Shown here piece after piece: positions 22,240-32,980 of a stretch of DNA of 64,000 nucleotides. Below the pieces are notes generated by a model. The model was not told the origin of the DNA. It saw only the letters and a list, made by a program, of their open reading frames with translations, and ran no database searches. Origin of the DNA: an uncultured Chloroflexia bacterium. GTDB lineage: Bacteria; Chloroflexota; Limnocylindria; Limnocylindrales; CSP1-4. The DNA lies in assembly GCA_963717255.1 (NCBI GenBank), contig CAVQVT010000007.1:171466-235465 (forward strand), read 5' to 3'. The first letter of the stretch is position 1, and each line of letters starts with the position of its first letter. A program made the position numbers and the translations under genes.

Positions 22240-23274
22240 TCAGCCCGCGCCGACGCCGACGGGCGACATGCCGATCGGCTGCTCGGAGATGGAGGCCGCC
22301 GGCTGGTCGCTGATCGTCGGCTGCTCCGCGCCGCGCTCCGGCTGGACCGCCGGCCGTTGCAGCACGAAGTCGAGGACATCCTGGGGGAAGCGCTTGTCGC
22401 GGATCGCCCCGACATGTCCGATGCCCTCGTACACCCTGAGCGTGCAGTCGGGGATGAGCCGGGCGGTCTCCTCGTAGACCTCCTTCGGGAAGTAGAGATC
22501 CTGGTCGCCGCACGCGAGCAGCACCGGCACCCGGATGTCGGGCAGGACCTCCCGGGCGTCGAACGCCACCTCCGCCTCCGCCTCGACCATCACGTCACTC
22601 GCGAAGTGCGGGTGCGTCTCCCCGAACATGAGGCGACCCATCACCGCGCCCAGGACCCGGGCGACACCCGGCGCCCGGAGGCCGGGGACCATGTGCCCGA
22701 ACATCAGGGCGCCGGCCTCGCTCCTCCTGCCCTCGCTCAGCAGCCTGGCGAAGTCGTAGTCGAGGGTCTTGCCCTGTTCGCTCATCTCGTACCCGGCGAC
22801 GGAGATGGCGATGTGGCCGAAGCGGTCGGGGTGGCGAGCGGCGAGGTAGAAGCCGATCATGCCGCCGAAGGACTGGCCGACCACCAGGTCGACCTTCCCG
22901 CCGAACTGGTCGGCGACCAGCCCGGCGAGATCGTCGGCCATGTCGGCCACCGTGTGGCCCTTCGGCATGTTCTGCTTCCTGACGACGAACCAGACGGTGT
23001 ATCCGTCCTCGACGAACGGACGGAACTGGGACTGGGCCGCCTTCAGGGCCGGCCCGCCGGTGGGGAAGGCGTTGCCGGGACCGCCCGGGATCTCCAGCAG
23101 GGTCTTCGGGCCGGTGCCCCATCGGACGAATGCCATCCCGTTCGGGAAGATGCCGCTGACGGGCCTCGGGACCCCCGGCCCGCGCCCCCGGATGCGGGAG
23201 CGGGCCAACGCGCCACCCGCGACGATGGCCAGCGTCCCGCCCGCAACGAGGGCAAGCGTGGTGACACGGCGCAT
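22240..23274 (-). CDS. secreted alpha/beta-fold hydrolase
   Basis: Re-called at ATG 23274 (MRRVTTLALVAGGTLAIVAGGALA, a signal peptide) with GGGAGG SD. GQSFGG nucleophile elbow. His/Asp-containing C-terminal region. Confidence 0.65.
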   Translation of the reverse strand: MRRVTTLALVAGGTLAIVAGGALARSRIRGRGPGVPRPVSGIFPNGMAFVRWGTGPKTLLEIPGGPGNAFPTGGPALKAAQSQFRPFVEDGYTVWFVVRKQNMPKGHTVADMADDLAGLVADQFGGKVDLVVGQSFGGMIGFYLAARHPDRFGHIAISVAGYEMSEQGKTLDYDFARLLSEGRRSEAGALMFGHMVPGLRAPGVARVLGAVMGRLMFGETHPHFASDVMVEAEAEVAFDAREVLPDIRVPVLLACGDQDLYFPKEVYEETARLIPDCTLRVYEGIGHVGAIRDKRFPQDVLDFVLQRPAVQPERGAEQPTISDQPAASISEQPIGMSPVGVGAG

Positions 23275-23542
23275 GGCGTCAGCCTCCCAAGGACGCATGC
23301 GCGGGTCGGTCCGGCCCGTGGCTCGGCGCGGTCCCGGCGGCCGAGGCGTGGACCACTCGTCGGAGCCTCCCGCTCGTACCCGCGACGGTGCATCGGTCGC
23401 GGGAGCGCCGCCAGTGCCGACCGTCGCTGTGTTCGGGGTGCACGCGGGCACCACGACGTCGTGTCCGGGCCGGCAGCCCGGAGCGCGGGAGCCGCTCGTC
23501 GTGCTGCGTCCGGACCCGCCGCCCTGCTACCGTGGCGGCGGG

Positions 23543-24442
23543 ATGGCCACCGTCGGCGAGCTTCTCGCGACCGCGGTCGAGCGGCTCCGGGCCGCCGGCT
23601 CGGACACGCCGCGCCTGGACGCCGAGCTCCTCCTCGCCCTCGCCGTCGGCACCGACCGGACGGGCGTCATCGCCCATCCGGATGCGCCCGTGGGGCCGGA
23701 GGCGGCTGCGGCGTTCGTGGCGGACATCGAGCGGCGCGCCACGGGTGAGCCGGTCGCGTACATCCGCGGCCTGAAGGAGTTCCACGGCGTCGCCTTCGCG
23801 ACCGACGCGCGGGCCCTCATCCCGCGGCCGGAGTCCGAGCTGCTCGTGGACGCCGCCGTCGAGGAGATCGTCACGCGGCTGGCCCGCGGCGTGGGTGCGC
23901 GGCGTGGTGAGCCGATCCGGGTCGTGGACGTGGGGACGGGCACCGGCGCCATCGCCATCGCGCTCGCGATCGCGCTCCGTCGGCGCCGGCTCCTCGACGC
24001 CGTGGAGATCCTGGCGACGGACATCTCGCCCCACGCCGTCGCGCTCGCCCGGGAGAACGCCGCGGCGCACGGGCTCCTGGGGGTCGTCCGTATCGAGTTC
24101 GCGGACCTGGTGCCGGCCGGCTGGGGGCCGTTCGGGCTGGTCCTCGCGAACCTCCCGTACATCCCGACGGCCACGCTGGACGTCCTCGGCGGATCGGCGG
24201 ACCACGAGCCGCGCCTCGCGCTCGACGGAGGCGTGGACGGCCTCACCGTGATCCGCCTGCTCCTCGCGCGGCTGCCGTCGGTCCTGGAGGAGGGCGGCGT
24301 CGCGCTCCTCGAGATCGGGGCGGACCAGGGCGAGACGGCAGCCGCGGCCGCCCGCGCCGCCGTCCCAGGGGCCGTGGCCGCCGTCCTCCCGGACCTCGCC
24401 GGCCGGCCGCGCGTCCTCCGCGTGGACACCTCCCTCGCCTGA
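23543..24442 (+). CDS. prmC: release factor glutamine N5-methyltransferase PrmC/HemK
   Basis: Re-called at ATG 23543. VVDVGTGTGAIAIALA is a SAM-binding motif, and NLPY is a variant of the NPPY substrate motif. Confidence 0.85.
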   Translation: MATVGELLATAVERLRAAGSDTPRLDAELLLALAVGTDRTGVIAHPDAPVGPEAAAAFVADIERRATGEPVAYIRGLKEFHGVAFATDARALIPRPESELLVDAAVEEIVTRLARGVGARRGEPIRVVDVGTGTGAIAIALAIALRRRRLLDAVEILATDISPHAVALARENAAAHGLLGVVRIEFADLVPAGWGPFGLVLANLPYIPTATLDVLGGSADHEPRLALDGGVDGLTVIRLLLARLPSVLEEGGVALLEIGADQGETAAAAARAAVPGAVAAVLPDLAGRPRVLRVDTSLA

Positions 24443-24508
24443 CCGCCGAGGGCCGCCGGCGACCTTGGGGACCCGGCCCGGGACGCCCGTCGCCGCCATA
24501 CTGGACAC

Positions 24509-25393
24509 GTGCCCGATCCTCGCCGCCGCGGCGCCCGCGCCCCCGCCCCCGACCTCCCCATCCGTCTGGTCGCGCTCGACATCGACGGGACGATCGTGGG
24601 CGACGACCTCGTCCTCCACGACCGGACGATCCGGGCGGTCGCCGAGGCGCGGCGCCGCGGAGTCCGCGTGTCGATCGTCACGGGCCGCATGGCGACCTCC
24701 GGGATGGAGTTCGCGCGCCGGCTCGGGCTGACCGAGACGGTCGTCGGGTACCAGGGGGCGATCGCCCGGGAGATGGGGGACGGCCGGGAGGAGCCGCTCG
24801 GACGCCTCCTTCGGCACCGGCCGCTCGACGCGGCGACGGCCCTCGAGATCGTCGAATGGACGCGCTCGGTCGGGCTCATCCCGCACTTCAACAACCTCGA
24901 GACGCTCATCCTCCCGGCGGACGACCCTCGCGCCGACGACTACAGCCGCTTCGTCGGCGGCCGCATGACGCTCGTGCCGGACCTCGAGTCGTGGCTGGCA
25001 CGCCGGCGCACGGTCACGAAGGTCATCGCGGTGGGGCGCAGGCCCGCCCCGAACGAGGCATACGCGGATGCGGTCGCACGGTTCGCCGGACGGGCGGAGG
25101 CGACGATCAGTCACCCGGAGTTCCTCGAGTTCGTCGCGCCCGGGGTCTCGAAGGGCGAGGCCCTCCGCTGGCTCGCACGGCGCGAGGGGATCCCGATGCC
25201 CCAGGTCATGGCCGTCGGCGACCAGCTCAACGACCTCGACATGATCGCGGCCGCCGGCCATGGGGTCGCCATGGGGAACGCGCCCGAGGAGGTCCGGTCG
25301 GTCGCCCGGTACGTCGCGCCGCATGTCGACGAGCAGGGCGCGGCGGTGATGATCGAGGAGCTGGTGCTCGGCGGGGCCCCATCCGGGCGCTGA
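24509..25393 (+). CDS. Cof-type HAD-IIB family hydrolase (sugar phosphatase)
   Basis: [14 protein letters not shown] (DxD motif I) ... [25 protein letters not shown] (motif IV). Confidence 0.75.
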   Translation: MPDPRRRGARAPAPDLPIRLVALDIDGTIVGDDLVLHDRTIRAVAEARRRGVRVSIVTGRMATSGMEFARRLGLTETVVGYQGAIAREMGDGREEPLGRLLRHRPLDAATALEIVEWTRSVGLIPHFNNLETLILPADDPRADDYSRFVGGRMTLVPDLESWLARRRTVTKVIAVGRRPAPNEAYADAVARFAGRAEATISHPEFLEFVAPGVSKGEALRWLARREGIPMPQVMAVGDQLNDLDMIAAAGHGVAMGNAPEEVRSVARYVAPHVDEQGAAVMIEELVLGGAPSGR

Positions 25394-25514
25394 CCCGCCG
25401 ACCCCGCGTCGCCGGACCCGCGTCGTGGTCGACGAGGGATCCCTCTCCCCCGGTCGGTCGACCCCGCCGGCCGCTTCATGCGACGATGGGCCCCGCACGC
25501 TGGGAGGGACGAGC

Positions 25515-26795
25515 ATGTCCGTGACGCACGCCTCGGGGGCCGCCTGGGCGAGGATCGCCGACGTCGACCCCGAGCTCTGGGCCGCGATCACCGCCGAGGT
25601 GGACCGGCAGCGCTGGAGCATCGAGCTCATCGCGAGCGAGAACTTCGCCTTCGCGCCGGTCCTCGAGGCGCAGGGGACGGTCCTCACGAACAAGTACGCG
25701 GAAGGCCTCCCCGGTCGCCGCTACTACGGTGGCTGCGAGTTCGTGGACATCGCCGAGCGGCTCGCCCAGGAGCGCGCACTCGCTCTCTTCCCCGGCGCCG
25801 AGCACGTCAACGTCCAGCCGCATTCCGGCGCGCAGGCGAACCTCGCGGCGTACTTCGCGGTCCTCGAGCACGGCGACCGGATCCTGGGTCTCAGCCTGGC
25901 GCACGGCGGGCACCTCACGCACGGCTCGCCGGTGAACTTCTCCGGCAAGTGGTTCGAGGTCCATGCGTACGGCGTGGAGCAGGGGACAGAGCGGATCGAC
26001 CTTGACGTGTTCGCGCGGACGGCAGCGGAGGTCCGACCCCGGCTCGTCATCGCCGGCGCGTCCGCCTACCCGCGCATCTGGGACTTCGAGCGGATGGCAG
26101 CCATCGCGCACGACGTCGGCGCGCTCTTCCTCGTGGACATGGCCCACATCGCCGGACTGGTCGCGGCGGGCGTCCATCCCAGCCCGTTCCCGCACGCGGA
26201 CATCGTCACGTCCACGACCCACAAGACCCTGCGGGGCCCGCGCGGAGGCGTCGTGTTCTGCAGGGCCGACCTCGCGAAGGCGGTCGACAAGGCCGTCTTC
26301 CCGGGCATCCAGGGCGGCCCGCTCATGCACGTGATCGCCGCCAAGGCCGTCGCGTTCGGGCTCGCGCTCACCGAGGACTTCCGCGAGGACCAGCGCCGGA
26401 CCGTCGAGAACGCGTCCGTCCTCGCGGACGCGTTCGTGGCACGGGGAGCGCGACTGGTCTCCGGCGGCACGGACAACCACCTCATGCTCGTCGATGTCAC
26501 ACCCCTCGGCGTCACGGGGCGCGAGGCGGAGACGCTCCTCGACGCGGTCGGGATCACCGTGAACAAGAACGCGATCCCCTTCGACCCGCTCCCGCCGAAC
26601 ACGGCGTCCGGCATCCGCGTGGGCACGCCCGCGACCACCACGCGCGGCTTCGGGCCGGACGAGATGCGCGAGATCGCGCGGGTCGTCGTGGACGCGATCG
26701 AGGGACGCGACGACCCGGCGACCACCGCAGCGCTCCGCGCCGAGACCCGCGCGATGTGCGCGCGCTTCCCGCTGCCGGGCGTGCCGGAGGCGTGA
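25515..26795 (+). CDS. glyA: serine hydroxymethyltransferase
   Basis: Re-called at ATG 25515 with [19 protein letters not shown]...[12 protein letters not shown] carries the PLP-lysine motif. Confidence 0.9.
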   Translation: MSVTHASGAAWARIADVDPELWAAITAEVDRQRWSIELIASENFAFAPVLEAQGTVLTNKYAEGLPGRRYYGGCEFVDIAERLAQERALALFPGAEHVNVQPHSGAQANLAAYFAVLEHGDRILGLSLAHGGHLTHGSPVNFSGKWFEVHAYGVEQGTERIDLDVFARTAAEVRPRLVIAGASAYPRIWDFERMAAIAHDVGALFLVDMAHIAGLVAAGVHPSPFPHADIVTSTTHKTLRGPRGGVVFCRADLAKAVDKAVFPGIQGGPLMHVIAAKAVAFGLALTEDFREDQRRTVENASVLADAFVARGARLVSGGTDNHLMLVDVTPLGVTGREAETLLDAVGITVNKNAIPFDPLPPNTASGIRVGTPATTTRGFGPDEMREIARVVVDAIEGRDDPATTAALRAETRAMCARFPLPGVPEA

Positions 26796-26835
26796 CCCGG
26801 GGCTCGGGCCGCGGCGGTACGACGGGCGACGAGCG

Positions 26836-28017
26836 ATGAGGTTCGGGACGGGCGCCTCCCAGGCGCTGCCGATGATCGCGGTCGTCTTCGTGGCGGCGGC
26901 GCTGCTCGCGCTCGTGCTCACGCCGCTCGCTCGGCGCCTCGCGCTGCACTTCGAGCTGGTCGATCGCCCCGACCCCCGGCGGGTCAACCCGGTCCCCATC
27001 CCCCGCGGCGGAGGGGTGGCGGCTGCGGCCGCCTTCGTCGTCGTCGGCCTCGTGATCATCGCGTTGAGCGGCGGGATCCTTCCCGTCGGCCGGATCGGGC
27101 CGCTCACGACCTCCGAGCTGGTGGCTCTCATCGGCGGCGGCGGCCTCGCGGCCCTCCTCGGCGTGTTGGACGACTACTTCGACCTGCGGGCACGGTGGCA
27201 GCTGCTGGCGCAGCTGGTGCTGGCGTTCCTCGTCGTCGCACTCGGCATCGGGGTGGACGTCGTGAACAACCCGTTCGGCCCGGGCGTGATCCGGCTCGAG
27301 GGCGTCTTCGAGGTCGCGTTCACCGTCGTCTGGGTCCTCGGGATGATCAACAGCATCAACTTCATCGACGGACTCGACGGGCTCTCGTCCGGCGTGACGA
27401 TCATCGCCGCCGTGACGCTGGGCCTCATCAACCTGACGCCGGGGATCGACCAGCCCCAGGTCGCGGTCTTCTGCTTCGCCTTCGCGGGCGCGGTCCTGGG
27501 CTTCCTCCGATGGAACTTCCACCCTGCATCGGTCTTCGCTGGGACCTCGGGTGTCTTCTTCTTCGGGTTCACCCTCGCGCTGCTGTCGATCCTCGGGAGC
27601 GCGAAGATCGCGGTCGCGCTCCTCGTCCTCAGCGTGCCGATCATCGACACGTTCTGGATCATCGTCCGCCGCGTCGGGCAGGGACGCTCCCCGTTCAGCC
27701 CGGACCGCGGCCACATCCACCACCGGCTGCTCGACCTGGGCCTGAGCCACCGGCAGACGGTCCTGCTCATCTACGGGATCTGCCTTCTCCTGGCGATGCT
27801 CACGTTCCTCCTCTCGGGGACGGGGCAGATGTACGCGTTCCTCGCGATCGTGGTGGCCTTCGGGCTCGCGCTGGTCTTCCTCACCCGCCGGGCATCGAAC
27901 GGCGATGAGGCGGAGCCCGGGGACGCCCCGACCGTGGATGGTGCGGTCGGAGTGGCGGCGGAGGACGCGCCCGGCGTCGCGGGCCCGGTCGGTCCGGCAG
28001 GGGGCGTTCCCGGGTGA
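26836..28017 (+). CDS. wecA: polyprenyl-phosphate N-acetylhexosamine-1-phosphate transferase (MraY/WecA family)
   Basis: LGVLDDYFDL ... MINSINFIDGLDGLSSG are conserved MraY/WecA-family motifs. About 11 TM helices. Confidence 0.75.
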   Translation: MRFGTGASQALPMIAVVFVAAALLALVLTPLARRLALHFELVDRPDPRRVNPVPIPRGGGVAAAAAFVVVGLVIIALSGGILPVGRIGPLTTSELVALIGGGGLAALLGVLDDYFDLRARWQLLAQLVLAFLVVALGIGVDVVNNPFGPGVIRLEGVFEVAFTVVWVLGMINSINFIDGLDGLSSGVTIIAAVTLGLINLTPGIDQPQVAVFCFAFAGAVLGFLRWNFHPASVFAGTSGVFFFGFTLALLSILGSAKIAVALLVLSVPIIDTFWIIVRRVGQGRSPFSPDRGHIHHRLLDLGLSHRQTVLLIYGICLLLAMLTFLLSGTGQMYAFLAIVVAFGLALVFLTRRASNGDEAEPGDAPTVDGAVGVAAEDAPGVAGPVGPAGGVPG

Positions 28018-28562
28018 GCGACGCGGGTCGTCAGCCGGGCAGCGCGGACTGGCCGCCGCCGGTGCCGTCCGGTATCCACCTGCGGCCGCGCACCGCGGTC
28101 GCGCCGTCGGTCATGCCGGAGCGCGACGCCCCAGCGCCGGCGCCCGCACAGCGGTGGGGTCAGGCGCCCCCCGAGGCCGGGCGCGTCGCGGCGGCCCAGC
28201 CCGAGCCGCCCCCGGCGACCGAGTCGCTTCCCCCGCCGACGGCCGAGTCGCTTCCCCCGCCGACGGCTCCGCCCCGGCCTCCCGCGGACGCGCCCGTGGC
28301 GGACGGCCCGCTCCTCGACCCGGCCGGCTACCGCCGGCGGCTCGTCCGCGACGCGGCGGCAGCACTCGCTCTCGTCGCGTGGGTCGTCCTGGTCGGCTCC
28401 CTCCTCGTGCGGCCGGCCCCGACGGGCGACGTGCTGTCCGCGACCGGCGCCCCCGGCGGCGCCGCGGCCGCCACGTCCCCCTCCCCGGCCGCCTCCTCCG
28501 GTCCGGCCCCGAGTCCGTCGCCGACTGCGGGCACCTCGGCGAGGGCCGAGCCGGTCCCGTGA
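28014..28562 (+). CDS. hypothetical Pro-rich single-pass membrane protein containing a 24-bp tandem duplication (ESLPPPTA x2)
   Basis: GTGA overlap with the wecA stop. One hydrophobic segment (ALALVAWVVLVGSLLV). It could be a GC-driven spurious ORF. Confidence 0.3.
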   Translation: MSDAGRQPGSADWPPPVPSGIHLRPRTAVAPSVMPERDAPAPAPAQRWGQAPPEAGRVAAAQPEPPPATESLPPPTAESLPPPTAPPRPPADAPVADGPLLDPAGYRRRLVRDAAAALALVAWVVLVGSLLVRPAPTGDVLSATGAPGGAAAATSPSPAASSGPAPSPSPTAGTSARAEPVP

Positions 28563-28606
28563 CGGATCCCGCCCGGTCTGCCCACGGGCGGTCGCCGAAG
28601 GACCTT

Positions 28607-28615
28607 TGCTATACT
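28607..28615 (+). promoter_or_regulatory. extended -10 element TGcTATACT upstream of the atp operon
   Basis: Rare AT-rich hexamer 24 nt upstream of the atpZ start codon; no clear -35. Confidence 0.3.
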
Positions 28616-28638
28616 CCCCCGGCCGTGCCCACGTGCCC

Positions 28639-28863
28639 ATGAACGGACTCGGTCGAGCCGCCGCGTACTTCGCGCTGTTCTCCGAGATCGGACTGATCCT
28701 GCTGGTCACGGTCCTGGCGGGAGTCCTGGGAGGCTACTGGGTCGATCAGCAGCTGGGAACGCTGCCGGTCTTCCTCCTCGTCGGGCTCTTCATCGGGCTC
28801 GCGGGAGGAGCCCTGGCGATGTACCGGCTCATCTCCCGGTTCCTCGCGACATACCGAGACTGA
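28639..28863 (+). CDS. atpZ: AtpZ/AtpI-like small 2-TM protein preceding the F0F1 operon
   Basis: 74 aa (MNGLGRAAAYFALFSEIGLILLVTVLAGVLGGYWVDQQLG...). Two-TM topology at the canonical position upstream of atpB. Confidence 0.5.
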   Translation: MNGLGRAAAYFALFSEIGLILLVTVLAGVLGGYWVDQQLGTLPVFLLVGLFIGLAGGALAMYRLISRFLATYRD

Positions 28864-28869
28864 CGGTCC

Positions 28870-29952
28870 GTGGCGGTGAAACGACCGCCCGGACGCGGCG
28901 GAGAGAACGTGACGAGCGAACCTCAGGTACGTGACGAGGTGGCGGCCGAGGCGGCGGCGAAGGCGAAGTCCTCGCGCCGTACCCGGAACCTGCTCGTCGT
29001 CGTCATCGTCTCCGCGATCCTCCTCAACGTCGGGGCGATCCTGCTGGTTCCGCCGTTCCCGCCGGGGGAGCCGGGGGCGGCCTGCGCGTACCCCGTCTGC
29101 TTCATCAACGGCAACCTCGAGTTCCCGCCGCCACACGTGATCTGGGACCTCGATCCCTCCACCACGCTCGAAGGCTCTCTCGCGGTCGGCTTCGACGTCA
29201 GCATCACGAACACGCTCCTCACCATGTGGATCGTGGAGATCGTCCTCCTCGTCCTCGCGATCGCCGCGACGCGCCGCCGCCGTGACATCCCCGCGGGGCT
29301 CCAGAACTTCGTCGAGTGGACCTACGAGGGCCTCCGGAACTTCGCGATCAGCAACGGCGGGAACGCCGCCGTCCGCCACGTCCCGATCTTCGCCGCGTTC
29401 TTCCTCTTCATCCTGCTGTGCAACTGGAGCGGCCTGGTGCCGCCCGTCGGCAAGATCCCGCTCCTGCGCGCGCCCACGAGCGACGTCAACGTGACCATCG
29501 GCCTGGCCCTGGTCGCCTTCGGCTACTTCGAGCTCCAGGGCTTCCGCGCGCACGGCGCGGGCTACCTCTCGAAGTTCTTCCCCGTCTACGAGTTCAAGCA
29601 CGGCATCGGTGCCGGGCTCATCGCCATGTTCGTCGGGCTGATCGAGCTCCTGCTCGAGTTCGTCAAGCCCATCACGCTGGCGATGCGACTCTTCGGCAAC
29701 ATCTACGGGGGCGAGGTCGCGCTCGCGGTCATGACGGCGCTCACGCTCGCCGTGGTCCCGGTCGCGATCCTCAGCCTCGAGGTCATGCTCACCTTCGTCC
29801 AGGCGCTGATCTTCAGCACCCTGACGCTCATGTTCACGCTCGTCGCGATCGAGTCCCACCACGAGGAGGGAGAGCTCGGCGAGGAGGGCGTAGAAGCCGT
29901 CGAGGACGTGCGGAAGGCCGACCACGGCGCCGCACCGGCCGCCGCGGCCTGA
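28870..29952 (+). CDS. atpB: F0F1 ATP synthase subunit a (with ~100-aa N-terminal extension)
   Basis: ITLAMRLFGNIYGGE carries the conserved arginine motif, plus C-terminal TM helices. The N-terminal 110 aa include an extra TM helix and a Cys-containing loop. Confidence 0.85.
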   Translation: MAVKRPPGRGGENVTSEPQVRDEVAAEAAAKAKSSRRTRNLLVVVIVSAILLNVGAILLVPPFPPGEPGAACAYPVCFINGNLEFPPPHVIWDLDPSTTLEGSLAVGFDVSITNTLLTMWIVEIVLLVLAIAATRRRRDIPAGLQNFVEWTYEGLRNFAISNGGNAAVRHVPIFAAFFLFILLCNWSGLVPPVGKIPLLRAPTSDVNVTIGLALVAFGYFELQGFRAHGAGYLSKFFPVYEFKHGIGAGLIAMFVGLIELLLEFVKPITLAMRLFGNIYGGEVALAVMTALTLAVVPVAILSLEVMLTFVQALIFSTLTLMFTLVAIESHHEEGELGEEGVEAVEDVRKADHGAAPAAAA

Positions 29953-30029
29953 CACCCGCCGCGGAAGCGGCGCCACACCATCGGTCATCCACCCGGGAGA
30001 CACCCGGGGAGACAGGAGGGACACCCGAC

Positions 30030-30242
30030 ATGGAGCACCTCGGCGCTGGTCTCGCCGCCCTTGGCGTCGTCGGCCCCGGCATCGGCATCGGCATCCTCGC
30101 CGGCATGTCGAGCGCCGCCATCGGCCGGAACCCCGATGCCGCCGCGCAGATCCGCGGCCTCGCGATCATCCTCGCCGCGTTCGCCGAAGGCCTCGGCGTG
30201 CTCGCGATCGTGGTGGGCCTCCTCGCGATCTTCATCAAGTAG
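30030..30242 (+). CDS. atpE: F0F1 ATP synthase subunit c
   Basis: 70-aa hairpin proteolipid (GIGIGILAGMSSAAIGRNPDAA). AGGAGGG SD. Confidence 0.9.
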   Translation: MEHLGAGLAALGVVGPGIGIGILAGMSSAAIGRNPDAAAQIRGLAIILAAFAEGLGVLAIVVGLLAIFIK

Positions 30243-30265
30243 CCCCGCCTCCGGGAGAGTCAGCG

Positions 30266-30835
30266 GTGGATCTCTACGCCGTCGCGACCGAGAGCGCGCG
30301 AACGGTCGTCGCCCTGACGGCCGGGAGCGAGGCGGGCGGATTCACGATCAACCTGTTCTGGGTGATCGTGAGCGCGGTCAACTTCCTCGTCTTCCTCGCG
30401 CTCATCTGGCTGTTCGCGTTCAAGCCGCTCGGCGCCATGCTCGACTCCCGCAAGCAGCGCATCGCGCAGGGCCTCCGGGATGCCGAGACGGCGCGCCGCG
30501 ACCGCGAGCTCGCCGAGAGCGAGCGCCTCGCCGCCCTCAACGAGGCGCGGCGCGAGGCGAACGAGATCATCGCCCGTGCCCAGAGGGTCGCCCAGGAGCA
30601 GCGCGACGCGGACATCGCCGCCGCGCGAGCGGACATCGAGCGGATCCGCCAGCGCGCGACCGCGGACATCGACGCCGAGAAGCAGCGTGCGATCGCCGAC
30701 CTGCGCGCCGAGGTCACCGACCTCGCGCTCGCGGCCGCCGGGCGCGTCGTCGGCGAGGAGATGACCGGCGAGCGGCAGCGCCGCCTGGTCGAGGAGTTCC
30801 TCCGCGCGCCGGCCGGCCCGGAGTCCCGGAACTAG
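30266..30835 (+). CDS. atpF: F0F1 ATP synthase subunit b
   Basis: N-terminal TM helix plus a long charged coiled coil; GTG start. Confidence 0.8.
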   Translation: MDLYAVATESARTVVALTAGSEAGGFTINLFWVIVSAVNFLVFLALIWLFAFKPLGAMLDSRKQRIAQGLRDAETARRDRELAESERLAALNEARREANEIIARAQRVAQEQRDADIAAARADIERIRQRATADIDAEKQRAIADLRAEVTDLALAAAGRVVGEEMTGERQRRLVEEFLRAPAGPESRN

Positions 30836-30838
30836 CCC

Positions 30839-31384
30839 ATGGCCAGACCCACGACGGCAGCGCGGCGGTACGCCGAGGCGGCCTTCTCCCTCGCGAAGGA
30901 GGCGGATGCCCTCGACCGGTGGGCGGCCGACCTCGCCACGGCGGCGGGCATCATGTCGATGCCCGAGGTGGCCCGCGTCGTCGGCGATCCCTCGGTCCCG
31001 CTGCAGTCGCGCCGAGACGTCATCGGCGCACTGCTGGGGACCCGCGTCTCGCCGTCCGTCGTGAAGCTGGTGCTCCTCCTCTTGGAGCGGGGCCGGGTGG
31101 ACATCCTGCCCGTCGTCTCCTCCGAGTACCGGCGCCTTCTCAACCGTGAGCGTGGCGTCGTCGAGGCGCGGGTGACCAGCGCGATCCCCCTCGAACAGTC
31201 CGAGGTCGAGGCCCTCCGCGAGCGCATCGCGGAGACGGCGGGCGGCACGGTCGACCTCACCACCGCGGTGGATCCCGCCCTCATCGGAGGGCTCACGATC
31301 CGCGTGGGCGACACACTCATCGATGCGAGCGTCCGGGGCCGGCTCGAGCGGCTCCGGGAGCGCCTCACGGAGGGCGCGCGCTAG
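30839..31384 (+). CDS. atpH: F0F1 ATP synthase subunit delta (OSCP)
   Basis: 181 aa. ARRYAEAAFSLAKEADALDRW is an OSCP-family N-terminus. Confidence 0.85.
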   Translation: MARPTTAARRYAEAAFSLAKEADALDRWAADLATAAGIMSMPEVARVVGDPSVPLQSRRDVIGALLGTRVSPSVVKLVLLLLERGRVDILPVVSSEYRRLLNRERGVVEARVTSAIPLEQSEVEALRERIAETAGGTVDLTTAVDPALIGGLTIRVGDTLIDASVRGRLERLRERLTEGAR

Positions 31385-31447
31385 CGCGCAGGACCGGCGC
31401 CCCCCGGCGCGCCCTCAGCGGCCGACCAGGGCCACAACGGAGAAGCG

Positions 31448-32980
31448 ATGGCCATCCGATCCGACGAGATCATCAGCATCATCAAGTCCCAGATCGCCGG
31501 GTTCGACGGCGCCGCCGAGACGCGGAACGTCGGCACCGTGGTCGAGGTCGGCGACGGCATCGCGCAGGTCTACGGCCTGCAGGGAGCGCTCTCCTCGGAG
31601 CTCCTCGAGTTCCCGGGCGGGGTCATGGGCATGGCACTCAACCTCGAGGAGGAGACCGTCGGCGCGGTGATCCTCGGCGACGACACGGGGATCAAGGAAG
31701 GCGACATCGTCAAGACGACCGGCTCGGTCGTGGAGGTGCCCGTCGGCCAGGCGCTCGTCGGCCGCGTGGTGGACCCGCTCGGCCGGCCGCTCGACGACAA
31801 GGGCCCCATCGCGACCACGCGCACCCGTCCGGTCGAGCGCATCGCCCCCGGCGTCATCGTGCGCCAGGGGGTCGACACGCCGGTCCAGACCGGCATCAAG
31901 GCGATCGACGCGCTCATCCCGATCGGCCGCGGCCAGCGCGAGCTCATCATCGGCGACCGCCAGACCGGCAAGACCGCCATCGCGATCGACGCGATCATCA
32001 ACCAGAAGGGCGAGGGCCTCGTCTGCATCTACGTGGCGATCGGGCAGAAGCTCTCCACGGTCGCGAAGACCGTCGCGATCCTCGAGCAGCACGGCGCCAT
32101 GGACCACACGATCGTGGTCGTCGCCGGCGCGGAGGACCCGGCGCCGCTCCAGTACCTCGCACCGTACGCGGGTGTCGCGATGGGCGAGGAGGTCATGGAG
32201 AACGGTGTCGAGCTCGACGGCCACCTCGTCAAGGACGCCCTGTGCGTCTACGACGACCTGTCCAAGCACGCGTGGGCGTACCGGGAGATGTCCCTCCTCC
32301 TGCGCCGCCCACCGGGCCGCGAGGCGTACCCGGGCGACGTCTTCTACCTCCACAGCCGGCTTCTCGAGCGCGCGGCGCGCCTGAACGAGGCGAACGGCGG
32401 CGGCTCGCTCACGGCCCTCCCGATCATCGAGACGCAGGCGGGCGACGTGTCCGCCTACATCCCGACGAACGTCATCTCGATCACCGACGGCCAGATCTTC
32501 CTCGAGACCGACCTCTTCAACGCCGGCCAGAGGCCCGCGCTGAACATCGGCATCTCGGTCAGCCGCGTGGGCTCCGCGGCCCAGACGAAGGCGATGAAGA
32601 AGGTCGCCGGCCCGCTCAAGCTCGACCTGGCCCAGTACCGCGCGCTCGCGGCGTTCGCGCAGTTCGCGTCGGACCTCGACAAGGCCACCCGCGACCAGCT
32701 GACCCGCGGCGAGAAGCTCTCCGAGGTCATCAAGCAGCCGCAGTACCAGCCGCTCTCCGTCGAGAAGCAGGTCGCGATCCTCTACGTGGCGACGACCGGC
32801 AAGCTGGACGATGTCCCCACCCCGCGCGTCCGCGAGTTCGAGGCGGCGTTCTACCGCTTCCTCGAGACGGAGCGACCGCAGGTGCTCGAGGACCTCGGCA
32901 CCGCAAAGACCCTCACCGACGAGATCGCGGCCGGCCTCACCGAGGCCGTGGACGCGTTCCGCCAGGCCTTCCTGGCGTAG
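31448..32980 (+). CDS. atpA: F0F1 ATP synthase subunit alpha
   Basis: 510 aa with the Walker A motif GDRQTGKT and the full alpha architecture. Confidence 0.95.
   Translation: MAIRSDEIISIIKSQIAGFDGAAETRNVGTVVEVGDGIAQVYGLQGALSSELLEFPGGVMGMALNLEEETVGAVILGDDTGIKEGDIVKTTGSVVEVPVGQALVGRVVDPLGRPLDDKGPIATTRTRPVERIAPGVIVRQGVDTPVQTGIKAIDALIPIGRGQRELIIGDRQTGKTAIAIDAIINQKGEGLVCIYVAIGQKLSTVAKTVAILEQHGAMDHTIVVVAGAEDPAPLQYLAPYAGVAMGEEVMENGVELDGHLVKDALCVYDDLSKHAWAYREMSLLLRRPPGREAYPGDVFYLHSRLLERAARLNEANGGGSLTALPIIETQAGDVSAYIPTNVISITDGQIFLETDLFNAGQRPALNIGISVSRVGSAAQTKAMKKVAGPLKLDLAQYRALAAFAQFASDLDKATRDQLTRGEKLSEVIKQPQYQPLSVEKQVAILYVATTGKLDDVPTPRVREFEAAFYRFLETERPQVLEDLGTAKTLTDEIAAGLTEAVDAFRQAFLA

Noticed and set aside
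22859-24442. 527-aa ORF for PrmC
   Set aside because: The N-terminal 228 aa are low-complexity and overlap the oppositely oriented hydrolase gene. PrmC homology starts at the internal ATG 23543.
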